From Octopus sinensis (taxonomy: Eukaryota), in the NCBI RefSeq assembly GCF_006345805.1, contig NW_021835211.1, forward strand, positions 1 through 46,113: DNA of 46,113 nt, read 5' to 3'. This document shows, piece by piece, positions 26,579 through 39,109 of the stretch (positions within the stretch are counted from its first letter, which is position 1; each line of letters starts with the position of its first letter). The notes under the pieces are model-generated. The model did no database searches, was not told the origin of the DNA, and worked only from the letters and a program-made list of their open reading frames with translations. The position numbers and the translations under genes are program-made.

Positions 26579-26629
26579 TTTGTCAAAATGTTTTCGTCGC
26601 TTTGAGACCGCGACCTGTTCACGGACAAA
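26579..26629 (-). ncRNA. Hammerhead-like motif, G3:C8 variant (left arm)
   Basis: UUUGUCC-GUGAACA-G-GUCGC(GGUCUCAAA)GCGAC-GAA-AACAUU-U-UGACAAA; stem II intact, first stem I pair mismatched. Confidence 0.5.
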
Positions 26630-26648
26630 ATTCTGTGCTGAACGAAAT

Positions 26649-26699
26649 TTTGTCAGTGAACAGGTCGCGGTTTCAAAGCAGCGAAAACATTTTGACAAA
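26649..26699 (+). ncRNA. Hammerhead-like motif, G3:C8 variant (right arm)
   Basis: UUUGUCA-GUGAACA-G-GUCGC(GGUUUCAAA)GCAGC-GAA-AACAUU-U-UGACAAA; 7-bp stem I intact, stem II damaged. Confidence 0.45.
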
Positions 26700-28586
26700 T
26701 TAAATTTAAATGTTGAAGTGAATCTAACGGTTTTTGTGTGTTTATAAATAGCTTATAAACACCTTCCACGCTGCAATTGTTTTTGTTTCAGCACAAGATC
26801 TCAGATCAGGTGACTTGCTATGCAAGTACATCTCCGTAATAATGTTTTCAAGTATAGAATGGGGGGGTCCATCAGAATAATCAAATCAAACGGGTTCATA
26901 GACAAACGAAAAATTGTTGAGAACCCCATGTGTAAAGCAAATTCTGGGATCTATTTAATGGACTAAACACTTCGAGATGTGGCCCTAGCATGGCTAATAT
27001 TGGTGCAGGTGGTGGTGGTGGTGGTGATTGGTGGTGGTGGTAAGAGTAATGATGGTGGTAGCGTTAGGGATGTAGGGGAGCAGGGGAGAGGAATGTAGAG
27101 GATAAATCTGTTTATGGCAGGGGCCGTATTGGTGCTGTTACTGCCGATAATGATCATGGTATTGTTGTTGTTTAACCCTCTGTCAGCTAGATTAAGTCAG
27201 TCTATGATGAAAGGCATTCCGGCCATGACTACCACATTTCTTTCGTTCTTCAGATTTAGTGTACCCGGTATTATAGTTATCCAATTAGTTCTTCCTGCCT
27301 TTTACGTTTTAGACAGTGATTTCGAAGAGATTTGGTTGCTATGTCTAGCAAGTCGTGGCTCCATCATCGTACCAAAGAAATTGTTATTTAGTTCTTAAGT
27401 CAACGCTGATGCTCATGACATGTCACCTGTGACCATTCCGTCTTTTGTTGTTGGTAGTAGTGATGATGATGACAACGACAACGACGACGATGACGACGGC
27501 GACGACGACGACGATGATGATGATTGTCATGGCGATATGTTGGTGATGGATAGGATACTGTTGTTATTGATGCTAGTCACGTTTTGTTGTTGTTGTTGTT
27601 GTTGTAGTAATGTTTACAATACAGGTTGAACCGATGGTAACAGTGGTGGAGGTGGACTGTGATGGTGGCGGTCGTGATGGTGGTGGTCGTGGTGACAGCG
27701 GCGATTGTGGACTGTGATGGTGGTCGTCGTCGTGGTAGCGGTGGTAGCGGTGGAGATGGTGGTCGTCATCGTTATAGTAATGGTGGTGGTGGGGATGGTT
27801 GTCATGGTCGTCGTTGCCGTTGTCGTGTTGATGGTGGTGGTGGTGGTGTTGGTGGTGGCAGCGGCGGTGGTGGTGATGGTGGTAATGGAGGTGGAGGTGG
27901 AGGTGGTGGTAGCGGCGGCACGGCGGCGAGGGACACGAAGTAGCGTTAGAGGGATTGCGATGGAGCGGGAATTACTTTGGTGCGAAACCCGACACCCGAA
28001 ACCAAAGAACTTGGACGTTGTCACCCTTTACCAGTTTACATCCCCACCACCACCACCACCACTTCCCCACCGATCGCCCTCATCTGCCGCCACTACCAAC
28101 CCCACCACCACCAACATCGCCACGACACACAACTCTCTAAACTGTGGCCGGCCACCGCCAGCCACCCCTATCGTCTTGTACCCTTAGAGTTCGGGTGGAG
28201 CCGTCGTCATCAGAACAGTAGCATTGTCGGAGGACAAAGACTGCAAATATTGACAGAACCTTACAGCAAAAAAAGACGAAGATTTGAGAGGAGTGTGGTG
28301 GTGGTGGTGGTGGTGGTGGTGGTGGCGGCGGCGGAGGTGGTAACGGCGGCGTAGGTGAAGGAACAGAAGGATGTGTATGTGTGTTTTGTGTGCCTGTGCA
28401 CTGCATATATGCAACTATGTGTGTGTGTATGTGTGCATGTATGTATGTATATTATATATATATTTATAATATATATATATATGTATGTAATATTTTTGGT
28501 GACGAAAATAGTAAAATAATATGTATGAGTGAGTGTATGCGTGTTTGCGTGTGCGCGCGGGTGTGTATGTGTCTGTCTGTCTCTGT

Positions 28587-28620
<34 letters not shown>

Positions 28621-29016
28621 GCGGTACACAAACAGTGAATGGCGCAGAACACTTAGGTGTGAAATTTCTCGTTTAGCTGCTTTGCTTGGCTGTACGTGTT
28701 GACATTTATGTATATATGTGTGCTTTACACACACACGCACACACAACACACGCACACACACACATACATACATGCATTCACGCACACACACATACATACA
28801 TTCACATACATACATACATACATACATACACACGCATACACATACACATATTACTATATTTAGCTTCAATAGTTAGTATATATATGTGTGTGTGTATGAG
28901 AGAGAGGGAGAGGGAGGGAGGGTACGTGTGTGTATGAAGATATATGCACATGTATATATATATATTTGTGGTGTGTGTGTGCGTGTGTGTGTATCTATAC
29001 ACATACACACACACAC

Positions 29017-29054
<38 letters not shown>

Positions 29055-29571
29055 ATTATATATTAATATATATATATATACATATATATACACTATGTTT
29101 AACTTCAATACATATTTTCAAATAAACTGTGTGTGTGTGTGTATACGAGTGCGTGCGTGGACACATAATCCCAAAGCACAAGGTTTCGATCCTTTGATGG
29201 AACCGATATGTCTTCAATTTCATAGCGTTTACGTTTGATCTCTGTCTATGATCGTTAAATCTTTGAAGAAACCCCACGGACCCATTAGGATCATTTCCCT
29301 ACATGCCATGCCATCTTATATTCCACTGCATGTGCAGCCAACAATAGGTGTCTACTCTGTCACGTGATCTGCTAGAAATAGCTGTCAAACGTCCAACTGC
29401 CTGTCTGCAGTATCAAAACAGAAGGACACGTTAGACAATGCTGTTCTGGATAATCCTAAAACGTTGAAATGGTCACAGAAGATGATGGAGAAGGCACAAA
29501 ACACAAAAGAAGGGGAAATCGGAGTAACAGGGCTATGTGGGGTGTTAGTTACATGCCAGTGTAGATGTGAT

Positions 29572-29808
29572 GGAGGTGCGTGAATTAGTGGTTAGGATGT
29601 TAGACTCATGATCGTAAGATTTCGATTCCTGGACCAGGCAACCCGTTTTGTTTTTCAGCAAAACACATCATTTCACGTTGCTCCAGTCTACTCAGCTGGC
29701 AAAAGTGAGTAATCCTATGGTGGACTAGCGTCTTGTCCAGGTGGGGAATTTATAGGTCATGAAACCGGGAAACCAGCTCTTATGGGACGGTATGACTCGA
29801 GAAGTTAA
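29572..29808 (+). mobile_element. tRNA-derived CORE-like SINE, diverged
   Basis: TAGTGGTTAGG...TTTCGATTCC head; AGCAAAACAC...TTTCACGTTGCTCCAGTCTACTCAGCTGGCAAAAGTGAGTA core. Confidence 0.65.
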
Positions 29809-30025
29809 CAGTGGTGCGTTTGCAGGCGTTCTCTTGGAGATTGCAGAAGAAGGACCGTCAAAAACAACGTTGAAGCTACAAAGAAAACATCGAGAAGGCT
29901 CTGGATGAAAAGAGGTGACCATTGTGGACGGTAGAGTGCTTCTTGGTCCTGGGTCGGGGCTTAATCAACGTCGGTCAGGTCAGCTCACCACTTTAATTTG
30001 AAGACAATATTAACTGCATAAGAAA

Positions 30026-30597
30026 GGCGGCGAGCTAGCTGAAACGTTAGCACGCCAGGGGAACTACTTAGCGGTATTTCGTCTGCCGCTACGTTCTGAG
30101 TTCCAATTCCGCCGAGGTCAACTTTGCCTTTCATCCTTTCGGGGTCGATAAATTAAGTACCAGTTACGCACTGGGGTCGATATAATCGACTTAATCCGTT
30201 TATCTGTACTGGTTTGTCCTCTCTGTGTTTAGCCCCTTGTGGGTAGTAAAGAAATAGGTATTTCGTCTGCCGCTACGTTCTGAGTTCAAATTCTACCGAG
30301 GTCGACTTTGCCTTTCATCCATTTGGGGTCGATAGATTAAGTAACAGTTGCGTACTGGGGTCGATCTAATCGACTGCCCCCCCCAAAAAAAAATGGGGGG
30401 GGGTCCTTATACCTAGAGTAGAAAAGAATCCTTAACACGCTGGGCGAAATATGTTGCGGCATTTCGTCCGTTACGTTCTGAGTTCAAATTCTGTCCGAGG
30501 GCGATAAAATAAGTACCAGTTGAGCACTGGGGTTGATTTAATCGACTTAGCCCCTCCCCCGAACTTGTAGGCCTTGTACCAAAATTTGAAACCAATA
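30026..30597 (+). mobile_element. Three tandem SINE family 2 units
   Basis: Units 30026-30256, 30257-30429 and 30430-30597 repeat the TACGTTCTGAGTTCAAATTC..CCGAGG...CTGGGGTCGAT.TAATCGACT core with different tails. Confidence 0.85.
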
Positions 30598-31229
30598 TTA
30601 ATTGCGCATTGCTTGATGTTTCAGTAGCCAGTGAATCAAATCAACAGAGAATGTGCGAATATAATACTCAGCATAGCTAGTGACTTGGGTATTCGGGTTT
30701 TTAATCGTAAAACCGTGGCTTCAAATCCTTGAAAGGGTGGAACCTTATTTTTTATCGCTTTTGGCTGAAACACATTAGTTTAGTTTGTTGCATACAGTCA
30801 TTGAACATACAAGAAATTGTTTAATAATTGTTTAATAATCCTCGTTATCCTTGGGCTTGAAAGAAAACAACATATTTTTACCTGCAGAAATTCGAATTTT
30901 TAATTATATTAAGCTGAGAAATTTAGGTTTTAACACGTTCAGTTTTGTAATATCATATATGAACGCTTAAATGTTTGATACCGGAATGAATTTAGAATAG
31001 ACAGCTGTGTAATAACACGGTTTTTGTAAACATGTACCAGGATTACAAGAGACAACCATCTCCTTGCCAATGAACATGGTAGGGTAGTATATACCCAAAT
31101 ATCCTGGTCTTGCTGTTTTAGGTATCTGTGAAGTTGCGAGCTGAAATACATACTCCCTCGGTCATCCTATTATTTCCACCCAGCGGCATTCAGGGTGTGG
31201 CACTCAGAGGGAGAGCTGCACCACAACTT

Positions 31230-31372
31230 GGGTGGTACTAATTTATAGCAGAAAAAACCGGACCAACACAAAATGAAGGACTTTTCTCAAAGAAGCAAAA
31301 CGCCACCCTGGCCCAGGAATTGAACCGATGACATCATGATCGCGAGTCGAACGTCTTAATCACGAACCACAC
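31230..31372 (-). mobile_element. Degenerate tRNA-derived SINE head
   Basis: Minus strand GGTGTGGTTCGTGATTAAGACGTTCGACTCGCGATC...GGTTCAATTCC. Confidence 0.5.
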
Positions 31373-32123
31373 CAATGTTTAAATTCTCTCATTTTATTCC
31401 TAATCGGAGCCATTTCTTTACTAGATGTTGCAGACATGGTGATCAGCGCCATCTGTAATTAAGATTTGTGAGATGTTGTATTTCATTTTCCAGTTTGAGA
31501 TGTCGCGTGAGAACTTATAAAAGATAATTCTTCGAAATGGTAATTTTTCAAAATTCTGACGGTAACCTGTATTTTTGATCACGTGATTATATCAGTTCAC
31601 CGCGGGAAATATTTTTACTTTTTACGTAAAAATCCTTTTACATATAAAGCATTAATTAATGAGAATTGCTATTTATTTCAACTTAACAGTAAAACTTTTT
31701 CTTGATATGCTAAAATAAATAGCCATTCCCATTAGAATTTCTAAAAAATAAACAATTCATCATCAAAGAAACTAATTATCTGCTCAGAAAACAGTAAAAT
31801 CCAAGGAAAGTTGTGAGAGTGTGCGTCGACCAAATGTATTTTACCAACATTTGCGTGGATGCATGTTTGTATGTGCCACTTATGATCAAGTCATTACATA
31901 CAAGAGAATATATATATATATGGTAGGGGCTGAGTGTGTGTGTGTTTGTGTGTGTGCGTGTGTGTGTCTGTGTGTCTCTGTGTGTGTGTGTGCGTGTGCG
32001 AGCGTGCATGTGTGTCTGCATTTGAAAACTACCGAGATCGCACATATACACGCCAACATACATCGATGTACATGCACATGCAAACATACGCACACGAACA
32101 CGCGCACATTGCATATGATATAT

Positions 32124-32163
<40 letters not shown>

Positions 32164-32700
32164 TAATCATCGGGATACTTGAACAGGAAAGAAAACAATT
32201 TGACAGAGAAATAAATTGCGTACGCTATGAAAACATGTGTCTACGCGTGTGTCTGTGTGTGTGTGTGTGCCTGTTTGTGTCTATGTATCTGTTTGTGTAT
32301 GTATGTGTGTGTGTGTGTGTTTGTGTGTTTGCGTATGTCTTGTCTGTGTGTGTATGTATGTGTGTGCGTATTTTTGTGTGTCTGTGTGTGTCTGTGTGTG
32401 CGTCTGTGTATGTGTGTGTGTATGTCTGTGTGTGTGTGTCTGTCTGTATGTGTCTATGTTTGTGTGTGTCTGTATGTGTGAGTGTGTTTGTGTGTGAGAG
32501 TGTGCATCTCTGTGTGTGTGTGTCTGTGTATATGAATGTGTGTGTCTCCTTGTGTATGTGTGTGTGCGTTTGTGCGCGTGCATGTGTGTGTGGGTAACTA
32601 CTGTAGGTTATTATTTTGAAGCTTGTTTGTTACTAATTAGTTGACTCAACAATGAGATTGTAGTCGTATTGACAGTGAATTCATGTTTCGTCTAGCAGCT

Positions 32701-32737
<37 letters not shown>

Positions 32738-32755
32738 CTTATATATATATATATA

Positions 32756-32974
32756 AGAAATTGAAAAAGGAAAATACACACATTTTACATAGTTTCAATA
32801 TAATTTTTCATATATCGACCGGTTTCGCTTTCGCTATTCATGATATTAAGGTTTACTTATTTGAATATGGATTTTCTTAAGAAAAAAGTTTTGTTCATGT
32901 TGCGAAAGCGATCGATATATAAAAAATTATATTAAAACTATGCAAAAGGTGTGTACTTTCCTTTTTTAATTTCT
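32756..32974. repeat. Imperfect fold-back (~75-bp arms) carrying a hammerhead motif
   Basis: 32756-32834 is the reverse complement of 32902-32974; the right arm has lost AAACCGG. Confidence 0.85.
32812..32846 (-). ncRNA. Minimal type-I hammerhead ribozyme-like motif, A3:U8 variant
   Basis: AUAUC-AUGAAUA-GC(GAAA)GC-GAA-ACCGGU-C-GAUAU: perfect 5-bp stem I, GNRA-capped stem II, palindromic stem III, GUC site. Confidence 0.7.
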
Positions 32975-33032
32975 AAAATATATATTACAACTCACCACGT
33001 GGGGATAATCAAAATTCCTCCTTTTATGTCAC

Positions 33033-33131
<99 letters not shown>

Positions 33132-33413
33132 CATACATACATACATACATACATACTTACATACATACATACATACAATATAAATATATGGTTGAAATGA
33201 TGCAAAAAGAACAAAGACAAAAGTCAGACATACTTGAAGAAACAACAAACATGGTGAATGTGTTTGACGCTCAAATGGAAGAAGAATTTGACGTTTCGCA
33301 CCTAGGCCCTTCTACATAAAGAAATTATGAAAGAAAACATGTGAAATGGAGAGGAAAGATTTAAGAGAAAAAGAAACACACACGAACTTGTGTATGTTTA
33401 TTCTTACTACGTA

Positions 33414-33634
33414 CAGAGTTGGCCAGGGTTACCTGGCAGTAATTCAAAACTTGTTTAATTCCAAGATTTATTTATGAGACATCGCTAATTAGACAAATGG
33501 TGAAAAAAAGAGGGTGATTTTTAACTCACAGTATTCAATCATTAAACAACCATAATTGGAATGAATAAATAAAATCGAATATTAGGTACTTATGGAATTT
33601 TGATTTACTGTCGTGTGACTTTTGGCCAACCCTG
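33414..33634. mobile_element. Tc1/mariner-type MITE, 221 bp
   Basis: TA-CAGAGTTGGCCAGGGTTAC ... GTGACTTTTGGCCAACCCTG-TA: imperfect TIRs with TA duplications. Confidence 0.7.
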
Positions 33635-33947
33635 TATGGGTAGGTTCAGACACAGAATATGCTGGTCACTGTAGACTACCTCACAGAAGAATAATTTTCC
33701 ACTTTTTTTTTTTTTGAAGAGAATGTATTCAAAATACTTGACTCATTGGCACATGGGATATGTTTCGATATGTTGTGTCTCGTCAGACAGAAATACCTTC
33801 TCGTCGTGAAAGAGAGAAGTTATTTCCCTTTGACATTCAATGCAGCGTCTGGTATACTTTGCATCTGATTCTTCTAAGACGTCAAAATTGTGAAATTTTC
33901 ATCCCAGATCTCTTTATTTATACACGGTGTAAATAACGAATGCGCGC

Positions 33948-33983
<36 letters not shown>

Positions 33984-34085
33984 GAGTCACAAACACATAC
34001 ACACATACGCAACGTCGTTCTATAAAAATGTTTAGAAATCAAAAATGAAAAATATTTCAGATGACATTCGCTAGGTACATGTATG

Positions 34086-34128
<43 letters not shown>

Positions 34129-34130
34129 TG

Positions 34131-34161
<31 letters not shown>

Positions 34162-35194
34162 TATCACCGTGATATATATACACACACACATATATATATA
34201 TATATAGGCTTTTGTAAAAATTCCTTCATGCACGCACAATATTTAAAGAAAGATATTTCTGAAAGTTATTAACTACTTAATTTTGTTTTTCAGTTACTAA
34301 CTACTTAATACACACTCTAAGCAAACTTCTTGCCCTGACATTGCGACACCCAGTTATATTAAATCTTAATTCAATAGTTAATAAACTTTTATTTAAAAAT
34401 TTACAATTAATAACTTCAAAGAAATCTTTCTTTACACACATACACACACACGCACGCACACGCACACGCACGTACACACACACATACACACACACATACA
34501 CACACACGCACACACACACATATATATGTATGTATATATAGAGAGAGATTTAGATGAATATGGTACTTAAGTTGAGGCACCCGAAAATGAGTACGGTATT
34601 TTCCATGCAATTTCAAAATAAGGTGATTAAAATTTAAATAAGCAAAAGGATATCCAGAGGTAATGCAGTACGATCGTTTCATACAACTCCATTTAATTGA
34701 ACAATGCAATCATTACATCAATTTAGAATGTAGAGCAATCTTCAGCTGCACAAAGACATAGAACTTAAGTAAATTAGAACAGATGGACACATTAGTATAA
34801 TTATACCTAAAATCTCCAAGAAGTTAAGGAGATAGACAAAGGACATGTTGTACCTACAACAGCATAGCCGTAACTAAAAATTTCCAAGACACTGCCTGTC
34901 ACTGATTTTTTTTGTTTTTTTATGGGGTCAATTTTAATTTATAGACTAGTTTATCAAATCCCTTGTATATTTATGGCTGAGAGAAACAGAGGGCAGTATG
35001 TGTTTGGGGTAGCATTGAGGGAGTAGACAGACATTCTAGACGGTATAGTCATAAAAATCAAGATTTATTAGAAGCAATGTCATGAGGTTTAGTAAAGGAA
35101 AGCTTAAAACAAGATGTTAGCTGATAATTAAGGGGTACCCACTAGCAGACTATTATCTTTCACTTGTTTCAGTCATTAGTCTACGGCCATATAT

Positions 35195-35241
<47 letters not shown>

Positions 35242-35541
35242 GTATATATATATATATATATTCATTCAGAGATAGTAGGCCCCTTCATCTCACCATATTA
35301 AAGAATTTTGAATACCTACTACTTTATAACTTGGCTACACGTGTTTCATGAGGTACATTTCCCGGTTCCTAAATCACTCCGTGTTTTTTCTGGAACCATT
35401 CTTAAAATATAACCCCAATCATCAGGCCCCTATATCACTTTCTCATAGTTTAATACTATAAACTATATTTTAATTTTTTAAAACAAATAAGTATGTATGT
35501 GTAAAATAGGTTTTTGTTTAGAATTTATTCCTGCATATGTA

Positions 35542-36811
35542 CGAGGGGCGTTCAATAAGTAATGCCCCTGACCCACTTCCCATAGCAGTAGAGCAACGAG
35601 ACTTGGCACAGTTATTAGTCTTTTCCTACATAGGAACTACCCAGAGTTTCTGCATTTCTCCCATCGTTTTGATACAGCTCTGGAGACCGTCTTTGTAGAG
35701 ACCCCAGCTTGGTCCTCCAACCACGACGTGACTTCAGAAATCAAGGCTGCATCATCTGGGAACGCCTTTCCTTTCAAAATCAACTTCATGGCTGGGAAGA
35801 GGTGAAAATCAGAGGGTGCAAGGGGAGGAGTTCATAGCTGCACGCCTGTGCTTCTGATCTGGCGACACGCGAGTTGTGGACCGGAGCGTTGTCCTGCAGG
35901 AGGAGGATGCCTTTGCTGATCTTGCCCCGCCCCGCTCTGATTTTGATAGCTTCTCTTAATTTCCTCAAAGTAAGCTAATAGGCTCCTGTAATTGTGGTAC
36001 CCTTTGCCAGGAAATCTGTCATCACTACTCCTGTCCTGGTCCCAGAAGACTGTGAGCATAACCTTGTCAGCGGAGGGCTGCACCCTTGCCTTCTTTGGAG
36101 GAGGTGAGTCACAGTGCTTCCACTGCATTGACTGGGCTTTGGTCTATGGATCATAGTGATGGACCCAGGTTTTATCCTGTTGATCAGTCTTTTGAAAAAT
36201 TTTGACTCATCTTCTAGGCACATCTCCAAATTCATCTCGAGCACTCAACGCGTTCTTGCTTCTGGAAAGGTGTGAGCAACCTGGAAATCCATCTGGCAGA
36301 CACCTTTTGCATATGCAAATGGTCATGATGATAGTTTCCCACAGACCCGGTACTAATCTTGACCTTATGGGCTATTTGGCGAATAGCTATGCGTTGACCT
36401 TCCAAATGGCAGCCTCAACTTGATGGACAGACGTCTCATCAACGGCAGAAGGGGCGACCAGATCTGGGATCTGTTTCCACAGAGTTCTCCGACTATGTTT
36501 GAATTCACAATGCCAGCGTTTTACAAGGTCATATGATGGGGCATCATCACCATAAGTTACTTTCATTTCATCAAAAGTCTCCCGTGGTGTGCGTCCTTTC
36601 AAATACAAAAACCAGATCACTGCTCGACTCTCAACAAGCTCCATTTCACACTTGACTCAGTTCAAACACCTGTAAATCAGAAGCCACAATTAGTTCAGAG
36701 CTGTAAGTCGCCACTTAATATATAGAGGTATAAATAAGTGCACATGCAAAATTCCAGCTAGATCAAACAACTGCAAGTGGGTCAGGGGCATTACTTATTG
36801 AACGCCCCTCG
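35542..36811 (-). mobile_element. Full-length mariner (irritans-like), 1270 bp
   Basis: Perfect 37-bp TIRs CGAGGGGCGTTCAATAAGTAATGCCCCTGACCCACTT flanked by TA on both sides. Confidence 0.95.
35615..36644 (-). pseudogene. Mariner transposase pseudogene
   Basis: MELVESRAVIWFLYLKG..., ETWVHHYDPETKAQSMQWKH, KVMLTVFWDQ, LLQDNAPVH, LAPSDFHLFP; frameshifts, stops and deletion of the HPPYSPD motif. Confidence 0.9.
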
Positions 36812-36859
36812 TATGTGTGTGTATGTGTGTCGTGGGGAGAGAGCCAGAGAGACTGTGTG

Positions 36860-37595
36860 TGTGATTGTATATTTGTGTTTGTCCTCCTCCACAGCTTGAT
36901 AGCTGGCGTTGGTTCGTTAACTCCTACGTAACTTAGATGTTCGGCAAAAAAGATCTATAGAATAAGTAAATCACAGACTTAAGAAAATGAGTATGGAGGT
37001 TGATTTTTTTTTTTTTTTTCGACTGAGGGTTGTCAACCATTTTTTATGGACCACACTGCTGGCTATTTTGATCGACTCCTATAGCCATTCAGTGTCTAAA
37101 ACTAGTTTTTACAGAAGGTTCTTTTAAAATTCTTATATTCTTTTTCACACATCAACTTATGTAGGTTGGACAAAGTAAAATGTCAGAGAAAAAAACTACC
37201 TATTTCTTGCAATACATACAAATATATACATCTAAAGATGAATTTCTTCAGGGGCCCTTAAAATTGTGGATCCCCAATTTGCTGTTTTGTAGCGTGGATG
37301 ACCAAGTTTTATATGGACCCCCCCACCCCCACCCAGAGCCATATGGACCCCGGTTGAAAAGCACTGAGATCACTAGCGAAGCTAGGGGGTCGTATGGGCG
37401 GTCCACCCCGGGCAGCACTTTTAAAGGGGCACCACTTTTGGATCTGCTGTAGGCAATATGTGTATTTTGTGGAATCCGAGGCGGCAAACGGAAATGCTGC
37501 CTCGGGAGGCACACACGATAGTAACTGGGATAAACCCTTGAAGGCGGTACCCCAGCATGGCCGCTATCCAATGACTGAAACAAATGAAAGATAAA
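36860..37595 (+). mobile_element. SINE family 1 3' half split by nested insertions
   Basis: 36860-37024 ends ...TTCGACT; resumes at 37531 AAACCCTTGAAGGCGGTACCCCAGCATGGCCG...TGACTGAAAC. Confidence 0.6.
37024..37366. mobile_element. hAT-like MITE, degenerate
   Basis: Ends ..AGGGTTGTCAACC and GGTTGAAAAGCACTG resemble CAG(T/G)GGTT(C/T)TCAACC hAT termini; TSD not evident. Confidence 0.45.
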
Positions 37596-37732
37596 ACATA
37601 GGTGTGTCACTATTGCTTAGCTTTCGTTCTCTAAGCCAATCAAAATACACAAGACGAGTCACCTGACATCAAGCTGTATTTCATTTAATTTTAATGGAAA
37701 GAGGCGGGCTGGCTCCAACACACCTGATTTGT

Positions 37733-37769
<37 letters not shown>

Positions 37770-37980
37770 TGGATTTACACCGATTTGAATATCGGTTTCG
37801 CTCGTTTTCTGTATCTTTATTTCCCACCCATAACTTAGCGGTTCAACGCATAGGACCAATAAGATATATGTAAACATACTATCATGTCTGCTTCCTCGTC
37901 TCTTGCTGTACATATGTAAATATGCATGTATGTATAGATGGATGGATGGATGGATGGGGATCACTGAAACAAGTGAAAAT

Positions 37981-38029
<49 letters not shown>

Positions 38030-38309
38030 GAGAGAGAAGAGGGTGAGAGAGAAACAGACAGAGAGTCAACAAATGGGAGCCAGAGATGCTCAATATAAAA
38101 AACACTTAGTTGTGCTTAGACGACGAACTTACACTCCGAAATTTTTGTCGTATCAAGGACTAAGTCGATCTATTTTCCTATAAACATTTCCATGTCTATA
38201 TGAATGTATATATGTTATATATCAAGCTCAGGCATATTGTTGTTTATTTGCATCATTCTAACTCTCTCTCTATCCTTCTGTCAGTCCTCTCTCTCTCTCT
38301 CTCTCTCTG

Positions 38310-38354
<45 letters not shown>

Positions 38355-39109
38355 GAAAAACCTTTACGCACATCAGCATATGCATTTATTCATGACATAT
38401 TTTCAAGTATAAATTTTCTGCACTTGTCTATGTCTACACATCGTAGATAAAATATACAGAAGTATCTAAGCAGTTATACATACACACACACAATATATAT
38501 ATATACAAACATATATAGTATACAAACATATATTATATATATATATATACGTGTATGTACACATCTATATATGAATATATATGTATATAGTATATATATA
38601 TGTATATATATATATACATATATATACATATATACATATATACATATATACATGTGTACGTACACATATATGTATGTATGTGTATGTATAAATATGGTGT
38701 ATATATATATATAATATATATATATATATGTTTATATATATATAATGTATTACATATTATATGTATATATATGATATATATATATATATATAATATATAT
38801 ATATTATTATATATATATATATACACACATATACACAATATGCGCGTATGCATGTGTACATATCATTTGTAGGTAGGTGTGTGCATTATAGCAGCGTTAA
38901 AGTGCATACATGAACATACATACACATTCCTGACACATATACGTTCTGTTGTGGTGTGTGAGGGGGGGGTGGTGCGTGTGTGGGGTGGTGTTTAATGGAC
39001 TTAAATACTCGTACATTCATATATGCACACACACGAACCACACAGACACATAACACAGAAAACACACACCCCACAGATCACATATACATACATATATACA
39101 TGCATACAT

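Larger units (their letters stand above)
26540..26738. repeat. 199-bp fold-back (93-bp arms, 13-bp spacer) containing hammerhead-like folds
   Basis: Arms 26540-26632 and 26646-26738 differ at 5 of 93 positions by manual count. Confidence 0.95.
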
